Source of the DNA: Lytechinus pictus
Taxonomy: Eukaryota
DNA: 64,000 bases
Direction: 5' to 3'
Assembly (NCBI RefSeq): GCF_037042905.1
Contig: NC_087251.1
Coordinates: 25,980,001-26,044,000, forward strand
Below, piece by piece: positions 1-12,409 of the stretch. A program made the position numbers and the translations under genes. How positions within the stretch are numbered: the first letter of the stretch is position 1; each line of letters opens with the position of its first letter. A model generated the notes under the pieces. That model did not search any database. It saw only the letters and a list, made by a program, of their open reading frames with translations, and was not told the DNA's origin.

Positions 1-885
1 ACAAACCGAGTCGCCCTTTTCCAAAACTCCCAACCCCCCTCCCCCCATAAAAATTTGTTGCGTCTATTATTGGGCTTATTTTCTTTTTACCCAAAATTAA
101 GGGGGGGGGCTGCGTGCGCAACCTCCCAACCCCCTTGGCGACGGTCATGCAGTTGACCCACAGAAATTTAGAAAATTTATATTTTTCTTGCAAAAATGCA
201 TAAAATTTACAAAAAATTGTGCAACAAATCCTTCAAGTTCTGCTCGATTGCTTCGCTCCCTCACTTTCGAATAGGGTCTATTTTTGAAAATTGCAAGAGT
301 TTTTAACAATGATGGGATGAGGATGTTTTAAACACTCTATCAAAAGTAGGTTCAATTTTGCACCTTTACCAATGTCACACATGGAACACATTTAATGATG
401 CAAATTTGCACCTTTCAGAAAAGAAATCACCTTAAAAGGTACAGCTTAATTGCACCTATTTTTCTGAAAGGTGCAAATTTGCATCATTAAATGTGTTCCA
501 TGTGTGACATTGGTAAAGGTGCAAAATTGAACCTACTTTTGATAGAGTGTTTAAAACATCCTCATCCCATCATTGTTAAAAACTCTTGCAATTTTCAAAA
601 ATAGACCCTATTCGAAAGTGAGGGAGCGAAGCAATCGAGCAGAACTTGAAGGATTTGTTGCACAATTTTTTGTAAATTTTATGCATTTTTGCAAGAAAAA
701 TATAAATTTTCTAAATTTCTGTGGGTCAACTGCATGACCGTCGCCAAGGGGGTTGGGAGGTTGCGCACGCAGCCCCCCCCCCCCCCTTAATTTTGGGTAA
801 AAAGAAAATAAGCCCAATAATAGACGCAACAAATTTTCTGGGGGGAGGGGGGTTGGGAGTTTTGGAAAAGGGCGACTCGGTTTGT
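1..885. repeat. Long near-perfect inverted repeat (arms ~422 bp, 37-bp spacer); may extend past the window start
   Basis: 1-422 is the reverse complement of 460-885 (acaaaccgagtcgcccttttcc ... ggaaaagggcgactcggtttgt). Differences are mostly homopolymer lengths. The core 333-549 has CACTCT...AGAGTG ends. Confidence 0.95.
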
Positions 886-1750
886 TGTTATTCATATCTA
901 TGGCCTTGTTTATATATATATATATAAATATGAATAGCCTATAGCAAAAAAAAAAAAAAAAAAAAAAAGGTTTTCTTCAACACAACGGGGGCAGGAGTAG
1001 AGGGTAGGGGGTTAACAGTAACAATTGAACTGTATGTTATAGGCGCTAGGCTTGAGTGTATAACTACAATGGATAAGACTCAACGTTACTCGTTAGTGTT
1101 ACCCCCTCCCTCTGCCCCCGCCGCGCTGCATTTGCAAAATGGGCAATGCCAATCATCAGCTAAAATTAATATTATTAGGGTCTAGAGATCTGAAAATATT
1201 TAAGAACTGAACACTAACTGTATTTTTTCTGCATTTGCATGGGTTTCGTGTGTAGCTCTGGCTCTAACACTAAGTTACTAGCACAGTTCTCAACAATGGA
1301 GTCAGGTTGGTCTAGGCTTATTAGTGACTAGGCCTAGTGACACTTATATATAGGGCCCTAGCCTAGCCGGTCTATACTAGAGCATAGGCCCCAGTGCAAC
1401 GCCCCAGTGACAATGTTGTGAGGGAGTAGGGCCTAGGCCAAGGCCTATAGTACCGTTTCACACCAACAAAATAGACAAACAAAGTTAGATCTAAAGCGTA
1501 GGTCTAGATCTAAGTAAATTCTAACTTCAACTTACCCCTTCCCGTTGAAAGTTGTTAATAACTGATTGAGGCATCCCTAAACTATTAAGTATACCCTCCA
1601 TTTTCCAGATTTATTTTTTCACGATCAATAGATTCATATATATGCACCTGCACTTCAATTCTCGGAAGCAAAAAGAGCGCGCTAGCTATACGTACATGAG
1701 GATTTGCTCAGTGCATGCTCACTGCGACACGTTTATGCGCACGTACTGTA

Positions 1751-3720
1751 AAAAGTGATGATCAAATGAAAAGCGACGACCAAATGAAAAGTGCCGATCA
1801 AATAAAAGCGACGATCAAATGAAAAGCGACCATCAAATATAAAGCGACCATGTATGGAATGCCGAAACCATCAACTTAAATTGTGATGATCAAATGAAAA
1901 GCGACGATCAAAAGAAAAGTGACCATCAAAGAAGAAGTGACGATCAAATAAAAAGTAACCATCAAATAAAAAGTGATCATCAAATTTAAAGTAGCCATCA
2001 AATAAAAAATAACCATCAAATAAAAAGCGACCATCAAATTAAAAGTGAGCATCAAATAAAAAGTTAGCATCAAATAAAAAGTGACCATCAAATAAAAAGT
2101 GACCGTCAAAGAAGTGATGATCAAATAAAAAGTGATCATCTAATAAAAAGTGATCATCAAATAAAAAATGAGCATCAAATATAAAGTAACCATCAAATAA
2201 AAAGTGACCATCAAATAAAAAGTGACCAACAAATAAAAAGTGACCATCAAATAAAAAGTGACCAACAAAAAAGTGACCATCAAATTAAAAGTGACCATCA
2301 AATAAAAAGTGACCATCAAATAAAAAGCGACCATCAAATAAAAAGTGAGCATCAAATGAAAAGTGAGCATCAAATAAAAAGTGACCATCAAATAAAAAGT
2401 GACTGTCAAAGAAGTGATGATCAGATAAAAAGTGATGATCAAATAAAAAGTGACCATCAAATAAAAAGTGACCATCAAATAAGTGATCATCAAATAAAAG
2501 GTGCCCATCAAATTAAAAGCGACCATCAAATAAAAAGTGACCATCAAATAAAAATCTATCATCAAATTAAAAGTGAGCATCAAATGAAAAATGAGCATAA
2601 AATGAAAAGTGAGCATCAAATAAAAAGTGACCATCAAATAAAAAGTGACCGTCAAAGAAGTGATGATCAGATAAAAAGTGATGATCAAATAAAAAGTGAC
2701 CATCAAATTAAAAGTGACCATCAAATAAAAAGTGAGCAACAAAAAAGCGACCATCAAATTAAAAGTGACCATCAAATAAAAACTGAGCATCAAATTAAAA
2801 ATGACCATCAAATAAAAAGTGACCATCAAATTTAAAGTGACCATCAAATAAAAAGTGACCATTAAATAAAAAGCGACCATCAAATTAAAAGTGACCATCA
2901 AATAAGAATTGATGATCAAATTAAAAGTGACCATCAAATTAAAAGTGACCATCAAATTAAAAGTGACCATCAAATAAGTGATCATCAAATAAAAGGTGCC
3001 CATCAAATTAAAAGCGACCATCAAATGAAAAGTGACCATCAAATGAAAAGTGACCATCAAATAAAAAGTGACCATCAAATAAAAAGTGACCATCAAATTA
3101 AGTGATCAAATAAAAAGTGACCATCAAACAAAAAGTGACCATCAAATGAAAAGCGATAAAAAAATTGAAAGTGACCATCATCAAATCTAAAGTGGCCATC
3201 ATCAGTTCAAAAGTGGCCACTATCGAATCAAAAGCAACCATCATCAAATCAGAAGCAGCCATCATCAAATCAAAAGTGGCCACTATCGAATCAAAAGCAG
3301 CCATCATCAAATCAAAAGCAGCCATCATCGAATCAAAAGCAGCCGCCATCAAGTCAAAAGTGGCCGTCATGAAGTCAAAAGTAACCGTCATCAAATAAAA
3401 AGCAAGTAAAAAGTGGCCGTCATCAAGTCAAAAGTAACCGTCATCAAATAAAAAGTGGCCGTCATCAAGTCAAAAGTAACCGTCATCAAATAAAAAGTGG
3501 CTGCCATCAACTTACAGGTGTCCTTTTGGCGCGCACATCAGGAACGCCGAAAGGACAACATTGATTTGATGTTAGAAACTGATTTGATGATGGCTGGTAC
3601 AGAGGGATATGATGCTTAAAATTGATATGATGATGGCCACTTTTGATTTACTGATGGCTGCACTTGATTTGATGATGGCTGGTACGGAGGTCCATCAAAT
3701 CAAAAGTGACAGTGATCAAA
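1751..3720. repeat. Minisatellite: 18-bp unit (aaaagtgaccatcaaata) grading into a 21-bp unit (aaaagcagccatcatcaaatc), with a few inverted units at ~3560-3690
   Basis: Tandem units are directly visible. The repetitive ORFs (MVTFYL, KSDHQI) are a by-product of the array. Confidence 0.95.
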
Positions 3721-4976
3721 TTTTAGCCTTTCCGCGTTCCATACCCCCGGAGTTTCGGCGAGGCAGACGCTCGCTATCCGTAGCGTTGCTAGCCTCTTGT
3801 CGAGGCCCTGGCGGCTGCTTCCCGAGCGAAGCGAGGGCTTTCCTAATTCGCGAAGCGAATTAGGCCTGGCGCGAGCCAGGGCCTCTTGACATCTGAACTG
3901 AATTATATATTCATGAGGAACGTCTTTCTAATGAATATACATGAGTTATTATTACCGGTCACCGAGTAAACCAATGAAATGTCAGAGCTGTTTCGTCTTG
4001 GGTTCGGAATACTATATACTGTAGTAGTCCACTATTCTGCAGGGGATTCATTTAATTGCGGGACACTAAAGGGGATATAACCAGCAAAATGCTACAACTA
4101 ACTAGTGGTACTAACTACTATATACTACTACTACTATTACTACTGGCCGTAACAGACCCATCACCGCCCCGAAACTTCCCGGGAGATACTGCTCAGCCGC
4201 TGGTCAGACTCGAGTCAACTCCCAGCAACTCCACCCCAGCTTCCCTCACTGCACTGCACAGCGGAGATCGATAATCGACGCCCCTGATCGACAGGTGGAA
4301 TCGCATGAAATATTACATTTTTTCCATATCCTGTGGGTAGATTTAGGTAGGCACTTATGATCCAAGTTTGAAAGGAGACTCGTAAAATGACGTCAGTCTC
4401 GCCGATGAATATTCATTAGATCGTGGTCGTGCGTGTTCAATACACACTGCGTGCAGGCATGCAGATAGTTATATGCGAGGAACTTTGGCTCCAGAGACAA
4501 GTTTTCAAATAACGTGTGTGTGTGTGCGTGTGTGTGTACCATCGGCTGGTAGTATGCCATGCTGTCTAAGACTTCAAACGCGTCGGAGAGAGTGCATGGC
4601 AATTCGGTAAAACGAAGTTTCCGATATAAAGAGATAATAAAATAACACTATGTACAGTACGCCCGGGGGTGCCACTTACATTGACGAGTGGATACCATGC
4701 GCGACCAAAAAAACACGTAAAAAGGATGTCTTTTTCAAGAGAGGGCACGTTACGTACGTAACGTGATAAGGGTGTCAAAAACACAAAAATATTGAAAAAA
4801 GGGTATCTATTTCCAGTACGTTGAGAGGCAAATGTCAGATCAGGGGAGGCAGGAGTACAATCAGGTTTTTTTTAAGGGAAGAATAGTGTAGAATAAAAGG
4901 TATTATATATACCCAAATGATCTAGGTGAGGGAAGTGAACAATGATGTTTTTTAAAAAAAGAATGAATATACCTTA

Positions 4977-6450
4977 ATGGTGAAGCCAATTTAAAAGGAG
5001 GTGAGGCAAGTTTTAATGGAGGTTTTTAAAAAGAATAAACTGTATTATGGTGAAGCCAATTTAAAAGGAGGTGAGGCAAGTTTCAATGGAGGTTTTTAAA
5101 AAGAATAAACTATAAATATGGTGAAGCCAATTTAAAAGGAGGTGAGGCAAGTTTCAATGGAGGTTTTTAAAAAGAATAAACTGTATTATGGTGAAGCCAA
5201 TTTAAAAGGAGGTGAGGCAAATTTCAATGGAGGTTTTTAAAAAGAATAAACTGTACTACAAATTTGAAAGGAGGTGAGGCAAGTTTCAATGGAGGTTTTT
5301 AAAAAGAATAAATTACTGTATATGGTGAAGCCAATTTAAAAGGAGGTGAGGCAAGTTTCAATGGAGGTTTTTAAAAAGAATAAACTGTATTATGGTGAAG
5401 CCAATTTAAAAGGAGGTGAGGCAAGTTTTAATGGAGGTTTTTAAAAAGAATAAACTATAAATATGGTGAAGCCAATTTAAAAGGAGGTGAGGCAAGTTTC
5501 AATGGAGGTTTTTAAAAAGAATAAACTGTATTATGGTGAAGCCAATTTAAAAGGAGGTGAGGCAAATTTCAATGGAGGTTTTTAAAAAGAATAAACTGTA
5601 CTACAAATTTGAAAGGAGGTGAGGCAAGTTTCAATGGAGGTTTTTAAAAAGAATAAATTACTGTATATGGTGAAGCCAATTTAAAAGGAGGTGAGGCAAG
5701 TTTCAATGGAGGTTTTTAAAAAGAATAAACTGTATTATGGTGAAGCCAATTTAAAAGGAGGTGAGGCAAGTTTTAATGGAGGTTTTTAAAAAGAATAAAC
5801 TGTATTATGGTGAAGCCAGTTTAAAAGGAGGTGAGGCAAGTTTCAATGGAGGTTTTTAAAAAAGAATAAACTGTATTACAAATTTAAAAGGAGGCGACGC
5901 AAGTTTCAATAGAGGTTTTTAAAAAGAATAAACTGTACTACAAATTATGGTGAAGCCAATTTAAAAGGAGGTGAGGCAAGTTTCAATGGAGGTTTTTAAA
6001 AAGAATAAACTGTATTATGGTGAAGCCAGTTTAAAAGGAGGTGAGGCAAGTTTCAATGGAAGTTTTTAAAAAAGAATAAACTGTATTATGGTGAAGCCAA
6101 TTTAAAAGGAGGTGAGGCAAGTTTCAATGGAGGTTTTTAAAAAAGAATAAACTGTATTACAAATTTAAAAGGAGGCGACGCAAGTTTCAATAGAGGTTTT
6201 TAAAAAGAATAAACTGTATTACAAATTATGGTGAAGCCAATTTAAAAGGAGGTGAGGCAATTAGTTAATGGAGGTTTTTAAAAAGAATAAACTGTATTAC
6301 AAGTTATGGTGAAGGCAATTTGAGAGGAGGTGAGGCATGTCTACAATGATTTTTTTAAAGAATGATAAGTGTAGAATATAATTCAAATGATGAAGCCATC
6401 TTGAGAGGTGCATGAGGCAAGTCTACAATGAGGTTTCTAAAAACAATGAA
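4977..6450 (+). repeat. Tandem array of a ~70-bp unit (62-79 bp variants), inner domain of the left arm
   Basis: Unit atggtgaagccaatttaaaaggaggtgaggcaagtttcaatggaggtttttaaaaagaataaactgtatt, repeated and decaying after ~6310. Confidence 0.95.
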
Positions 6451-9400
6451 TAGTGAAGAAAAAGATCGCAATTGCTTTTAATAATCCACAAAATTGTGTA
6501 GTTATTTATTTCATGCAAATTGCTATTAATTGATTATGCTCATTTGTGCATAATTAGTATACTATACCTATTCCTCTAACTCCCTAAATAAAGCTCCAAA
6601 TGTTCTAATTTTTGGTTTAGAAACTCTTTGTGGTGTTCTTCGATAATGTATTTCTTGTGTTTTTACCTTTGTATTGCATTGTTTTTTTTCAACGATGCTC
6701 GGACTCTCGTAACAGCATAAAATAAATCAGTTTAGTTCAACAAAACTAAAAACAATTAGGCATTCATGAATTTTGGTTGAAAACGCATATTCCATTGACG
6801 TGGTACACAAATATCACAATTTTGAGCCATTTTTGTCTGATATGCACTTACAAATTGTTTGGTAATTTTCAGAACCCAGTACCCGGGCTTCGCAAAACTG
6901 GTCTCAAAACATGCAAAAGACTTTTTTTTTAAATCGCAGAGCTCAGAGCCCCCCCCCCCCCCCTGCGTAAATAGGTTAAGTTTGCATTAATTTTGAACTT
7001 TTCCATTCCCAAATACGTAATATCCCCTCCCCAAAAATGCAATTGTCACTGAAATGGAATATACATAATATATTTTTTAATAAGCCATATTTGCAAAATA
7101 ATCATCATGTCATCCTTTGTCAACAAGAAATCTGTACATGTCCTCTGGAAGAAAATAATACCTCGGCCGCCTATTAAATTCTAAGTTTTTATTTTGTAAG
7201 TATTTTACTTAGCAATTTGGCTGGCTTATCAAAATGCTTAAACTTGTATGCAGATCAGATCTCAGAATTTACCTTATCCAAATTGAACTAAATACTAATA
7301 CCCATTGTGATGTTATAAATTTTGAGCCAAATAGTGCCAAATGTGTGAATGTATTTCTGTGCGTATCATTTTTGTATATGTAGACTTAAGTCTAGTAGAT
7401 GGCTGACTTACATTTAAGCAAAATATTTAGCCAAAAAAAAATGCAATTGAATACCAAAGATTGATAAGTATTTTACTTTTGCAAAATACTGAGTAAAATA
7501 TACTTGAAATTGTGGCTTTAAGAGTAGCATTGAATACCGGCCCTGTTCCTCATCATCATTATCATCCCACTACCACACCAGTTTCTGCAGCACAAACTTT
7601 AACTTTCATAGGTTGAGTCCATTTCAAAGCCAACACTCTCACTTTAACTTTCTTTTTTCTCTTATAACATGACGTCCACACACTGCCAATCACATCCTTA
7701 CAACACCAACTGTCAGGGGACAACAGAACTGCAGTTACCATAGCATTACCCCCAAAACACCACTCAATTTTGAATTGATCCAAATGAAATATGACTGTGT
7801 TGCACAAAAAAAAGCTATGTAGTCATAGTAGATTTTATTGACTTGTACATTCATAAGGCTATGCATATATTTTGAGTAATTGTTGTGTTGTCTTCAGTGA
7901 TAGTTGGTACCCACTGTGCTTATGGCCAACTTTGGTAAAGGCATACATTGAATAAACTTTTATGTACTGAAAATGATGACAGAATATATTCTTAAAAAAT
8001 AACATTACAAATGCATGACAGGTAATACAACATATTTCAACATGAACTATTTCACAATTTGCCAACATGACAATAAAAACTAACCTTAAAAAATAGTAGA
8101 AGCCGATGTTGGATGGAAAAGAATATCTTTGTCATACAGCTTGAAAGACATTATATATGTATGCACTTAATGGTATCTACATGATCATTAAGTTCTTCTA
8201 CACAGCTTGATATAATGTTGATTTATCCAGTTTGGCAAGTACTGTTGTGGTTGAGGCAAGGTTAATGGTTTTTCTGAATACTGAACCCCATTTTGTGTAA
8301 CGAAATGAAATCTACCAGAGTTACATGACAAAGTACAATAGAAGAAAATACCAACAGCTAGGCAAGCTTTTTTACATAAATATTTTTTTCATATACTCTT
8401 TGATATTTTTTCTCAAAACAAATGTGGCCAGCCACCCAAATATCAACAATAAGTTGCCAGGGAAGGTTCGTAGAAAATAACCAAAATAGTAATTCAGTTT
8501 TCCAAACGCATATTTAGAATATTGGTTTATCCGAAAAAAAAAGAAATTTCTTCATACTGTCAAAATGTGAGGTTGTAAAAGTTGAAGACAAAATACAAGA
8601 CTTTGATATCCGTGTTTTGCTCACTGCTAAGTAGTTGAACTACATATTACACATCGCATGCTTAAGTGAACCCCAAATCTTGTTCTCTTATTTGTTGAAG
8701 CTCTCACCAAACTTCTTCTGCATTCAATGAAGTACTAGCGAGGGATATTATTGATCAATATTAACAAGATAAATAATTTTACAGCTTAGGATGTGATCGC
8801 TCAAGATCAATGATAATCTTTAAATCAATTTATTGTTGGTATAGGGGTGGCTGGACACATATAGCAATATATTCTCGCTGTTAGAAAAAACAAGTGACAA
8901 TTACATTAGTTAACAGCAAGTATTATAAAACCAATTCATGATCATGGAAAGCAACTGCAGCTTGAGTAAATAAAAATATACGCTATAATACAGTTTAAAA
9001 TACGTTTATTTTCAGTACTGGCAGGCCTAGGATCATGATAAAAGATAATAAAAGTTAGCAAGTACTGTGTGATAACGGCATGCATTCTAATCAAGTTTTT
9101 GCACAAACATCTACAAAGACTGTTGAGTGGGCAGCAAAAATGGTCGCAAATTATGTTCAAAATGATATGAGACAGTCTAAAAATACTGAATAAAACACAA
9201 AGGTCATATAATCTTGCATCAAATAGTTATCAAAGAAATTTATCAGCCTCAATGCCGATTAATGCTAACAAACAATGTATCATTATTTACACAGGTGATT
9301 CTCCATGATTTAACATTAGCAAGTATCGTAGGAATAAGAAACCCTAAGTTGAATGGATACAATTAGCCGTTGATGTTTTATGACTAACTAGATGGATTCT

Positions 9401-10209
9401 CAACTACATGCAGTCAAAATTTATGGCACTGCCTTTGCTAGACCAAGAATATATTATATATTTACATTTTTAACATGACCTTGCTGACAATAGAAATTTG
9501 ACTAAAAATCTTCACTCACACAAGAGGTAATTTTCAAATTGATCCTTTCAAAGAATTCAGGAGATTAAAAAGTTATCAGTCAGAGTGCAGATTCATCCTA
9601 ATCCTCTCGTGGCTTGTGTTTTGGTCTTCATCAAGCTCATTACATATGCAAAACATCTGTAGTCACAAATATCACTTGGAAGAAAGAATACGCTTTTTGA
9701 GGACATACTGTTATACCATGCACTTTGACCTCATGGGCTAACATTTCACCAGTCATATGCACAGATAAGCCATATTGGAAGTAGAACCCTCAAATGATTC
9801 TATAAGACTTGGGAATAGGAGATATTTTGGGTATACATGTATATTGATGTCTGTGACCTATGAACTTGAACTACTACTATTTACTGAGATTATCTGCCTT
9901 AAATGTGCATTCAGGAACCAAGCTTGAATTTCACCCTATTGACAACTGTACAGTTAATATGAAAATGAACTATTTGAATTTATATAACGACTGCATATCT
10001 GTAATCTTGCAATATAATCAGATCCTTAGCTAAACTTTGAATATGAAGTTGATCCCATCCATGATTCTTTACTGAGTTACGGCAAGAACAGGATATATTA
10101 TGTATTTGATGAGTCATTGACTTTTAACCCCAAAATCTGATCAGATCGTCTCTACTCAATTATACACACTTAGACCAAGTCTAAAGTTGATTAGACCAAC
10201 TATTCTTAA

Positions 10210-10977
10210 CCCTAAACAGGCCGGGGGGGGGGGGGTTGAATCAACTCCCCCCTCAACATTTTCTGCGATCATTCCGCCGCGCAAATTTTTTTGACTGCAC
10301 CACTTGCAAAAAAAAGTCTTGCGCATCTTTTGAGACCAAATTTACGACCCCATGTACACGGTTCTGAAATTACGCAACATTTTGTAAGTGCATATCTGAC
10401 CAAAAATTGTTCCTAAACGTGATTTTATATACAAAGTCAATGCGAATTGAGTTTTCTCATCTTAGTCATAAAGATATGATTATTTTTACTTTAAACAGCT
10501 GAAATCAATTGATTTTAGCATAATTATGCTTCAAAAAGGTTGTGCAATAAATCTGGTGAAAAAAAACAAAGAAAAACAAAAGGTTGAAAAACAAAGAAAT
10601 TCATAAGAAATTTATAAAACAATGAAATACATAAGAAATTGATTTCCAAAACAATTTTTTTTCAATTGAGATTGTTAAGAATGCTACAAAGAATAAATTT
10701 ACAAAAAATTTGCATTCTAGGAGCTTTATTTAGTGAATTAGAACAAAAAGTATGATTTATGCATAAATTAGCATAATTAACTCATATCAAATAAAATCTC
10801 ATTATTTTTGAAAATTTTATCATACAGGCTTGTAGATCACATCGCACACTACCAGCGTGCAAATTTTTGCGGCACTCGCGCCATCGGCGACCGAGGTCTT
10901 GGGGGGGGGGGGGTGGAATCAACCCCCCCCCCCCCCCCTGGCCACTGAACAGCCCTAAAAGCCCGGCCTAGTTAAGG
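10210..10977. mobile_element. piggyBac-like MITE (CC..GG ends, TTAA TSD)
   Basis: TTAA at 10206-10209 and 10978-10981. Imperfect TIR ccctaaacaggccggg / cccggcctagttaagg. Confidence 0.75.
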
Positions 10978-11333
10978 TTAAGTTGTCGGGAGATAAAATT
11001 AGCCACACAAGCTGGAATAAGCCTCCTGCAACCATTTCAAGAAGGCAGAACATAATCTTGTATATAGTTGTTAAACAATCCATATTCACATTTTGTATGG
11101 TGAAGATTAGCTTTTTCTTGAAAGAGCTGAACTTTTAAGTAAAGGTTGCAAAACTATGCTTCTACCCCTTTTGTCATTGGTGTGATGTAGTTTAATGTTC
11201 AACTTGTAATGAACTTATTGAAACAAGGTATAACTACACAATCACAGAGTAGACCTAATACAAATCAAATATTTTTTTCACAAGAGATACTGTTATGGAG
11301 TAATTTAGTACTGTTTTGCAACAATTACATTAA

Positions 11334-11927
11334 AGGACAAGTCCACCCCAACAAAAAGTTGATTTGAATAAAAAGAGAAAAAATCAACAAGCATAACACT
11401 GAAATTTTCATCAAAATCGGATGTAAAATAAGAAAGTTATGACATTTTAAAGTTTTGCTTAATTAAAAAAAAACAGTTATATGCACATCCTGGTCTGTAT
11501 GCACCTGAGGAGACTGATGACGTCATCCTCTCACTATTTCTTTTGTATTTTATTATAGGAAATATGAAATATTCTAATTTTCTCCTCATTTTTTAAGTGA
11601 TACAACGATTAATTCCTCCCTGAACATGTGGAATTAGCTTTGTTTAATACTATATGGTTCAGTCAAGTTGGTCCTTATTGTCAAATTTATAGAAAATGAA
11701 ATATTGTATAATTCAAACAGTAAAAAACAAACGAAATAGTGAGTGATTGACATCATCGACTGACTCACCTTGTTGTGTATATCACTGTTTTGTCAAAAAT
11801 AAGCGAAACTTTAAAATGTCAAAACTTTCTTATTCTACGTTTGATTTTGATGAAATTTTCAGCATTATGCAAGTTTGAATTTTCTCTATTTATTCAAGTC
11901 AGCATTTTCCTGGGGTGGACTTGACCT
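11334..11927. mobile_element. MITE with AGG..CCT ends and TTAA TSD (Kolobok-like)
   Basis: TIR aggacaagtccacccca / tggggtggacttgacct (16/17). TTAA at 11330-11333 and 11928-11931. Long imperfect internal inverted symmetry. Confidence 0.85.
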
Positions 11928-12409
11928 TTAAGCTGCCAACTGCCTTAAAGAAATACCTGTTTTACACAAATTGCATAGTCATTGAATATTTACTAGAAAA
12001 AGTCACAAACAGTGTCCCAGGGTATAAATTAATTTCATAAGAAGAAAATAAAGAATGCTTGTAAAAATACCAATCTTGCTATCACATAAAAAATAAATTG
12101 TTTATAATATGAAAAAGAAACAGCACAGCATTGATCTTCACCTGGATTTGCATAATGTGAATGGTGACGCATCATCAAAGGAGATAATGCTTTATTTATT
12201 AGATCTAGCCTTTTGACAAGGCAGCATGACTTCTTCAAGTAGTGGCTAAAATAAGGTTAGTTTGACGAAGAAGAGAAATGGCAAAACCCGCGGACACATG
12301 CGAGATCAAGCAACTTCAGTTGCGAAGCCTTATAAATTTTTGCTTTTACTGCTTGCTATGAATTATCCATGAGCATGCCGATGCGCCGATTCGCACTTTT
12401 GATGCCCGA

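Noticed and set aside
1876..3398. Long ORFs (318, 159, 98, 87, 77 aa) as membrane or repeat proteins
   Set aside because: They arise from 18/21-bp tandem units, are open on both strands, and have no unique domain or splice context.
4393..4784. ORFs duplicated at 14205-14602 as a gene pair
   Set aside because: They are mirror images within the transposon arms, run through a (CA)n tract, and have no recognisable domain.
4977..6450. CRISPR-like array
   Set aside because: No unique spacers, no cas genes, eukaryotic context; it is a head-to-tail satellite.
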